Part shown: in pieces, positions 63,969 through 64,000 of the stretch | Layout: the number at the start of each line of letters is the position of its first letter | How positions within the stretch are numbered: the stretch's first letter is position 1 | Assembly: GCA_964247055.1 (NCBI GenBank) | Contig: OZ176051.1 | Location: 5,704,001 to 5,768,000, forward strand | Source of the DNA: Paragordius varius | Taxonomy: Eukaryota; Animalia; Nematomorpha | DNA length: 64,000 nt | Direction: 5' to 3' | Notes under the pieces: generated by a model | Seen by the model: only the letters and a program-made list of their open reading frames with translations | Told to the model about the DNA's origin: nothing | Databases searched by the model: none | Made by a program: the position numbers and the translations under genes

Positions 63969-64000
63969 CTAAAATAATTTTTCGTAACATAAATTTTTAT

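Overview
Very AT-rich, gene-dense animal (metazoan) genomic DNA with spliceosomal GT-AG introns, many only 20-30 nt long; it is not prokaryotic, and no rRNA, tRNA or CRISPR array was found. I spliced twelve protein-coding genes by hand, several of which the ORF track misses: YIPF5/Yip1 (partial), a 635-aa single-pass membrane protein that may be metadherin-like, IPPK, TGS1, DRAP1, an orphan rhodopsin-class GPCR, an INSM/Nerfin zinc-finger gene, a Thr- and Lys-rich glycoprotein, REC114, a small secreted antistasin-type inhibitor, an NCOA6-like gene and the 3' part of UBR5/hyd. Introns and intergenic DNA hold an RTE-type retrotransposon with a 5' inversion (twin-priming structure, 14-bp target-site duplication), several MITE families (one nested in another), TTAA-flanked foldback elements and (TA)n microsatellites. 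Family assignments rest on motifs I recognise from memory, not on database searches. The species cannot be named from the sequence alone.
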